The position numbers were made by a program, and so were the translations under genes. The notes under the pieces are model-generated. The model worked only from the letters and a program-made list of their open reading frames with translations. It made no database searches and was not told the origin of the DNA. A stretch of 32,000 bases of DNA from Limnobacter sp. (lineage in GTDB: Bacteria > Pseudomonadota > Gammaproteobacteria > Burkholderiales > Burkholderiaceae_B), in the NCBI GenBank assembly GCA_964229025.1, contig CAXRAE010000008.1, positions 146,094-178,093 of the forward strand, read 5' to 3'. Below, piece after piece: positions 27,773 to 32,000 of the stretch. Position 1 is the stretch's first letter; each line of letters starts with the position of its first letter.

Positions 27773-28024
27773 ATGACAGTGGTTTTTGAAGGTAATGGGG
27801 TGAAGTTGATAGAAAAGTCCGGAGGTTTTTACCTCAGGTATGATGCAGGCTCTCATCAGGTTGAAATTCGAGAGGATATGGTATCCAGGGATGAGGCTGA
27901 AAAAATAAAGTCTGGAGAAACGAAGTTAATCACTCAGGTTTTGATGAGAATTCAGACAGAGCTAATTAATTCAAGGATCGATCCGCATAAAAGTAATCTG
28001 AGTTCGGGAAGGCACCAGCTTTAA
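27773..28024 (+). CDS. Putative immunity protein for the orphan toxin tip (83 aa)
   Basis: It starts 11 nt after the orphan tip stop, on the same strand, and is AT-rich. The call is positional. No family recognised. Confidence 0.65.
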   Translation: MTVVFEGNGVKLIEKSGGFYLRYDAGSHQVEIREDMVSRDEAEKIKSGETKLITQVLMRIQTELINSRIDPHKSNLSSGRHQL

Positions 28025-28025
28025 A

Positions 28026-28295
28026 TTGTCAACAAATGGGCTGAATGATCAAGTTAGGATATTTCAGCAACTCAGGGCGGCTGATTTCGTATTTTCCGCT
28101 GACTACGAATGGTCGCCATCAGAATTATTTGAATTGTTTCGTGACCAAGGTTCGCTTTAGGGCAACTATATAAGGATTGTATGGATTGATAGCTCACGTA
28201 ATACCTTGGGTATGCGCCCGCAATTGATGGGCGGGGGAAATCAAATTTATGTTCCAAAAGTTGACGCGGGGTTAATTAAGCCAAGTGTTCCATAA
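28026..28295 (+). pseudogene. Decayed small ORF interrupted by an in-frame TAG
   Basis: The frame from TTG 28026 reads STNGLNDQVRIFQQLRAADFVFSADYEWSPSELFELFRDQGSL, then TAG (28158-28160), then GNYIRIVWIDSSRNTLGMRPQLMGGGNQIYVPKVDAGLIKPSVP and TAA (28293-28295). Both halves look protein-like. Confidence 0.4.
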
Positions 28296-28590
28296 AGATT
28301 TTTTACTGTTGAAGCAGTGGTTGGCAGATGTTGGGTGCGTGGTTTTTTATTTGGAGAATCCGGTGCTTGGGCGGCCCGGCGATAATCAATATGAGTATTT
28401 GAATGCCGCATTGAAAGATGGTATCGGAATATTTGAATTCTCCGATGATTTAAGAATTGAAATATCTGGGCCGATCAAGCTTGATATTTCAGGGTCTTAC
28501 ATTGAGCTTCATTCAATTGAAATTCTTGGACTAAGTTGGCGTGGAAGCTTCGTTGAGTTGCGTCACACATCACTTCGCATAGATAAATAA
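28285..28590 (+). CDS. Hypothetical 101-aa protein (possible orphan immunity gene or the 3' part of the decayed upstream ORF)
   Basis: GTG-initiated ORF overlapping the end of the previous frame. It is AT-rich and carries no recognisable motif. Confidence 0.4.
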   Translation: MFHKDFLLLKQWLADVGCVVFYLENPVLGRPGDNQYEYLNAALKDGIGIFEFSDDLRIEISGPIKLDISGSYIELHSIEILGLSWRGSFVELRHTSLRIDK

Positions 28591-28666
28591 CCACGTGTAC
28601 CGTCATAGTGTTTGTTACAGTTGCGAGTATTAAAGCGAACGCCGTAAGGAAAAGGTTTCCTCGCCG

Positions 28667-28775
28667 AAGCAGTTATCGAGCGTGGCCCACGCCAAGGGCA
28701 GGTAACCCGCTACCGCTACAACGCTCAAAACCAGTTGATCGAAGTGAATGTGGGAGGTGTGGCCATCCGCTACGC
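28667..28775 (+). repeat. Relic fragment of an Rhs core (third copy)
   Basis: Positions 28675-28775 align to the main gene at 25360-25460 (101 nt, 4 mismatches by hand count). This region encodes IERGPRQGQVTRYRYNAQNQLIEVNVGGVA(T/I)RYA. Homology fades on both sides. Confidence 0.85.
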
Positions 28776-28866
28776 CCCCAGCAGCATTTATTTGCAAAGG
28801 GCGTTACCGTATTAACTACGAGCAAACCTCACCACAAAAAAGCGGACAAAACAAAAATGTTAGCGC

Positions 28867-28908
28867 ATGGTTTAATTATAGGATATAGTTTTCTATAAAT
28901 TAAACCAT
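28867..28908. promoter_or_regulatory. Palindromic operator/promoter candidate upstream of the HTH-HipA module
   Basis: Perfect 11-bp inverted repeat atggtttaatt (28867-28877) / aattaaaccat (28898-28908). It extends to atag/ctat with a 1-nt bulge. It encloses a -10-like TATAAA (28894-28899) and ends 9 nt before the GTG at 28918. Confidence 0.6.
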
Positions 28909-28917
28909 AGGCTAAAA

Positions 28918-29154
28918 GTGGAAAGTGTCGAACTCCTAACAGAATTGATTGCCGAGGGCAAAAAACAAGGGCTGACACAGTCCAAGTTGGCCACGGCCGC
29001 TGGTATTCACCCGGTCACCTTGTCCAAAGCGCTTAGCACCGGTCGCTACGAAATAGCCACGCTTCAGAGTTTATGCCGCGTTCTGAACATGAAAGTGATT
29101 CTTACTCGGAATAATGATATTTCAGAGGGATTGCGCAAGGGGGATCTGTTTTGA
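28918..29154 (+). CDS. XRE-family HTH antitoxin-like protein (HipB position)
   Basis: KKQGLTQSKLATAAGIHPVTLSKALSTGRYEIATLQSLCRVLNMKVIL is an HTH_3-type motif. Its TGA (29152-29154) overlaps the TTG start (29151) of the kinase gene. Confidence 0.8.
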   Translation: MESVELLTELIAEGKKQGLTQSKLATAAGIHPVTLSKALSTGRYEIATLQSLCRVLNMKVILTRNNDISEGLRKGDLF

Positions 29155-30620
29155 GCTGGAAAGATCGCTTTGCCGTCGTATGGACTCGCGCCTCGGGTGC
29201 GCCCGAAAAACTCGCAGACATGGTTCTCACAGAGACTGAACTGCGAGTGACCTTTAGCGACTCCGCAAGAAAAAACGGGACTCCAGGATTGAGCATGCTT
29301 CACGATATGGGCGGGGACTCCATTCTGGTCTACTCTAGAAATGGTTCGCGCGTATTGCCACCACAACTGCGAGCACTGTTGCCTCCAGATGTAGCCCTGA
29401 ACCCCCAGCGCAGGATCCTGTTGGATCTCATGTTGACCAGCGGCCGATCAATCACCGGATTGCCAACAGAGCTGCAGCAGTGGGAGATGCTCGTATTTGC
29501 CGGCCGAAACGCAGTTGGTCACATCGATGTGTTTGAAAGCGACCGCGATGCCCAGCACTACTACGCGCAGAATGATGGATCCGTGCAACCAGCAGGTCGC
29601 TCGGCGCTCAGGGATCTTAAGCTGTGGGGCGCGTTTAGAAAGTATGTCGCCCAGAGCCTACCCAGCGTCGAGGAAGACCAACTCAAAGCGACCTTGGGAC
29701 CCACGCCCGGTGTCGCAGGCTTCGTCCCCAAGATGTTGTGTACCATTGAGCTGGAATCGGACGGATCATGGGCAGGTAAAACCATCGGCAAGCCGGGGAC
29801 CGGGGAGGGCGGTCGAGCTTCCGTTAGCGCCTTGGTCAAAATTGAGCAGAACAGTTACCCCGGGCTGCTACAGCTAGAGTCGCTGGCTTACGAGTACCAT
29901 AGGAAAGCCGAGTTATTTGATGTCCCACGCACCTGGTTGCTGGAAACGACCGTCAATGAAGAGCCTCTGATTGCCTTGGCGTCCGAGCGCTTTGATCGGG
30001 ATCACGATGTACCGCTTCCGCTGGAGAGTATGTACAGCATTTTGCACACCGGTAGCCCTACGAAGTACCTGTGCAACACAGACGGTTCAATCGAAAAAAT
30101 CGGAGAAGTGCTCAACAAGCTGAGGTTCCCCTATGCTGAGGTAGAAAGGTTTTATGCCCAATTTGTGATGTCGCTTCTGACCGGCAACGGGGACCTGCAT
30201 ACCGACAACCTTGCAATTCTCACAGCTCCGGGCAAAAACGCAATGAAGCGTTATCGCCTCTCCCCCCTGTTTGACCCTGCACCTATGCGCGCATACCGAG
30301 GCCGTCACAGCCACAACGTGTTAAGTGCTTTGCCTTTTGGCGGTGGAGACCCCTCTGAAACGACCGGGTCAGCGACTCCTGTAGATCTGTTTGACAGGAT
30401 TATGTCTGTAGCCAAGGCCATGGGTATCAAACACACCAAAGCGAAGTCATTGGTGATGCACCTTTACCAGGTAACCGAACCTTACCTTAACGACGCCATC
30501 AAGCTGCTTCGATCAATCCCGGCAGACAGAAGACCCAACAGCCTGGCACCCGATATCCAGGGGTTCGAGACCACGGTACAAGAGGTGCGCAGCGCCATTG
30601 CAAAAGGCTGGGCTGGGTGA
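29151..30620 (+). CDS. HipA-family Ser/Thr kinase toxin-like protein (489 aa)
   Basis: It has a HipA N-terminal coupling-like start, a P-loop-like PGVAGFVPKM (compare the AGxQxK motif), catalytic GNGDLHTDNLAIL (compare GNxDxHxxN) and LSPLFDPAP (Mg-binding Asp region). Confidence 0.8.
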   Translation: MSWKDRFAVVWTRASGAPEKLADMVLTETELRVTFSDSARKNGTPGLSMLHDMGGDSILVYSRNGSRVLPPQLRALLPPDVALNPQRRILLDLMLTSGRSITGLPTELQQWEMLVFAGRNAVGHIDVFESDRDAQHYYAQNDGSVQPAGRSALRDLKLWGAFRKYVAQSLPSVEEDQLKATLGPTPGVAGFVPKMLCTIELESDGSWAGKTIGKPGTGEGGRASVSALVKIEQNSYPGLLQLESLAYEYHRKAELFDVPRTWLLETTVNEEPLIALASERFDRDHDVPLPLESMYSILHTGSPTKYLCNTDGSIEKIGEVLNKLRFPYAEVERFYAQFVMSLLTGNGDLHTDNLAILTAPGKNAMKRYRLSPLFDPAPMRAYRGRHSHNVLSALPFGGGDPSETTGSATPVDLFDRIMSVAKAMGIKHTKAKSLVMHLYQVTEPYLNDAIKLLRSIPADRRPNSLAPDIQGFETTVQEVRSAIAKGWAG

Positions 30621-31008
30621 ATATCCCTTTTTTGAGCCTGATCAAAGTGGAATCGAAACCGTTTGAATACAGAAGGAAGTGAAGTGCGAAGATGGATTTT
30701 CGCCAGTGGCTGATGCGCCCTGGAAAGAGGAATATCGAGATGGTCCCTGCAAGGTGAAGCGAGAGGCCAAGTACGATGAGTTCAAGGAAGAAATCAAGTG
30801 CAAGTAGCCTGTGGTGCGACAGTGCGTTGTTGAAATACCAGGCTCTGCTGGAACTTTGATTCGAATTTCACCACCCACAAGAATCTTCGCTTGGTAAAGT
30901 TGCCCCCCGAATTTAGGGGCCTTCCGGCCTTCTGCAGAAAGCATTAACTTTAAAACCAACCATAAAAACTATTTCAAGCAATAAACTCGACACATAACAA
31001 TAAAAACA

Positions 31009-32000
31009 ATGTCAGCTCCCCTCCATTCGCTGGTTCTGTATGGCCTTTGTCATGCGTATGCTTTTGTGCAGAAGATACTGCACAAGCAGATTCTAATTTT
31101 CTCGCCAACTTTATGCCGTGCGGCGGTCGTTGCCTGTGCTTCGCTATTGACCATCAATGCGCAAGCTGCAACTCCTGCGCAGTTGGTTCAACAAGTCGCC
31201 CGACCGGGTGCGCTTCAAACAAGTTGGCATGAATTGTTGTTCTCCAGGCGTGGAGAAACACTGTTGTCCCCGCAGTTTCTGGAAGACAACCCGTTTTATC
31301 GCGCGAAGCTTGATCAGCCGGGTTGGGAGCTGGAGGAGCTTCGAACTGTGATCAACGAAGGTATTCACTCCCAAGGGGTCTGTGATTTCCCGGCGCGTCA
31401 CAACTGGGTGCATCAACAATTGCATGGGAAAGCCATGCCGTTCCCGTCGCACTGCACAGCCTTGTCGAAGTGGATACACGATGGGCATGTGGCTTCAGTC
31501 GATTTGCTGTTTGTGTCTGGGTATTTGTCCAACCCCGCCAGTACCTTTGGTCACACACTGTTGAACTTTCGCACCGGCTTGGGCGAGCATCACCGGTCAT
31601 TGGAAGATTCTTTGAACTATGGCGCGCTTGTGCCGCCGGGCGAGGGCGTAATGACCTACATTGCCCGTGGGTTGTTTGGTGGTTACGCGGCAGGCTTTAG
31701 TGACGGGGCGTATTCAGCCCACATGAACACGTATCAAGAAAAGGAGTTGCGCGCCATTTGGCGTTATCAACTCAACTTGACCGAGCAGCAAAAGCTGGAA
31801 GTGGTGTACCGCTCTGCAGAGCTGGTCACCCACAAGTTTGACTATTATTTTCTGAGCGAAAATTGCGCTTACGCCATGGGGTTGATGATCAACGCGGTGG
31901 CCGGGCACCCTTACCACATGCCAGATGACCCCACCTGGTTCGCACCCATCGAGCTCATTCACAAATTGGCCAATGCAAACAACTTGGTCACGGGGCTGCC
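31009..32000 (+). CDS. DUF4105-type (Lnb N-terminal periplasmic domain-like) exported protein, truncated by the window edge
   Basis: Absent from the ORF track because it runs off the 3' edge. The frame from ATG 31009 (or GTG 31066) is stop-free to 32000. Signal-peptide-like CRAAVVACASLLTINAQA is followed by LLFVSGYLSNPASTFGHTLLNF and FDYYFLSENCAYAMGLMI, which match my recollection of DUF4105. Confidence 0.65.
   Translation, partial: MSAPLHSLVLYGLCHAYAFVQKILHKQILIFSPTLCRAAVVACASLLTINAQAATPAQLVQQVARPGALQTSWHELLFSRRGETLLSPQFLEDNPFYRAKLDQPGWELEELRTVINEGIHSQGVCDFPARHNWVHQQLHGKAMPFPSHCTALSKWIHDGHVASVDLLFVSGYLSNPASTFGHTLLNFRTGLGEHHRSLEDSLNYGALVPPGEGVMTYIARGLFGGYAAGFSDGAYSAHMNTYQEKELRAIWRYQLNLTEQQKLEVVYRSAELVTHKFDYYFLSENCAYAMGLMINAVAGHPYHMPDDPTWFAPIELIHKLANANNLVTGL

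Noticed and set aside
28072-28257. 61-aa minus-strand ORF
   Set aside because: It lies opposite the more protein-like, though interrupted, plus-strand frame. No motif and no obvious start context.
28608-28898. 96-aa plus-strand track ORF
   Set aside because: It reads across the Rhs core relic in a frame different from the Rhs frame and continues through the operator palindrome. It is most likely non-coding.
30642-30959. 105-aa minus-strand ORF in the spacer after the HipA gene
   Set aside because: No SD, a low-complexity Ser/Gly/Leu-rich product, and it would run convergently into the HipA gene 3' end. It is probably spurious.

Overview
This is a 32-kb chromosomal window from a moderately GC-rich proteobacterium. 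My impression from the HU, KatG and Aer-like proteins is a Burkholderiales-type betaproteobacterium, but I could not verify that. I recognised no rRNA, tRNA, CRISPR array, integrase or transposase.

Layout:
- 1-12.6 kb is ordinary core genome. It holds an edge-truncated TPR/glycosyltransferase-like/FkbM-methyltransferase fusion protein, a divergent cryptochrome/photolyase-family protein and an Aer-like PAS-MCP. It also holds HU, a COG2509-type FAD oxidoreductase, KatG, a TPR-like protein, a beta-propeller lipoprotein and an alpha/beta hydrolase.
- 12.65-13.55 kb is a visibly AT-richer two-gene islet. A cytoplasmic Cys/His protein is translationally coupled to a secreted Cys-containing protein. 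I read this as a candidate Tae4-like T6SS amidase effector/immunity pair.
- 13.5-21 kb holds an AraC regulator and a DUF4149 membrane protein, divergent from a cluster of BVMO, EctD, AlsS-like ThDP enzyme and aldehyde dehydrogenase.
- 21-30.6 kb is the accessory region of most interest. It starts with an orphan HipB-like HTH gene. Next comes a 1656-aa Rhs/YD-repeat protein with an unassignable N-terminal domain of about 350 aa (no PAAR) and a 144-aa AT-rich C-terminal toxin tip, followed by its immunity gene. After that come a promoterless, frameshifted orphan Rhs-CT cassette with a different toxin tip and its own immunity gene, decayed small ORFs, and a 101-nt Rhs core relic. The region ends with an HTH/HipA-family kinase module that has a palindromic operator.
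- No secretion-system partner (VgrG, Hcp, PAAR, DUF1795 chaperone) is visible in the window.
- The window ends in an edge-truncated DUF4105-type protein.

All functional calls come from motif recognition by eye. No database search was run.
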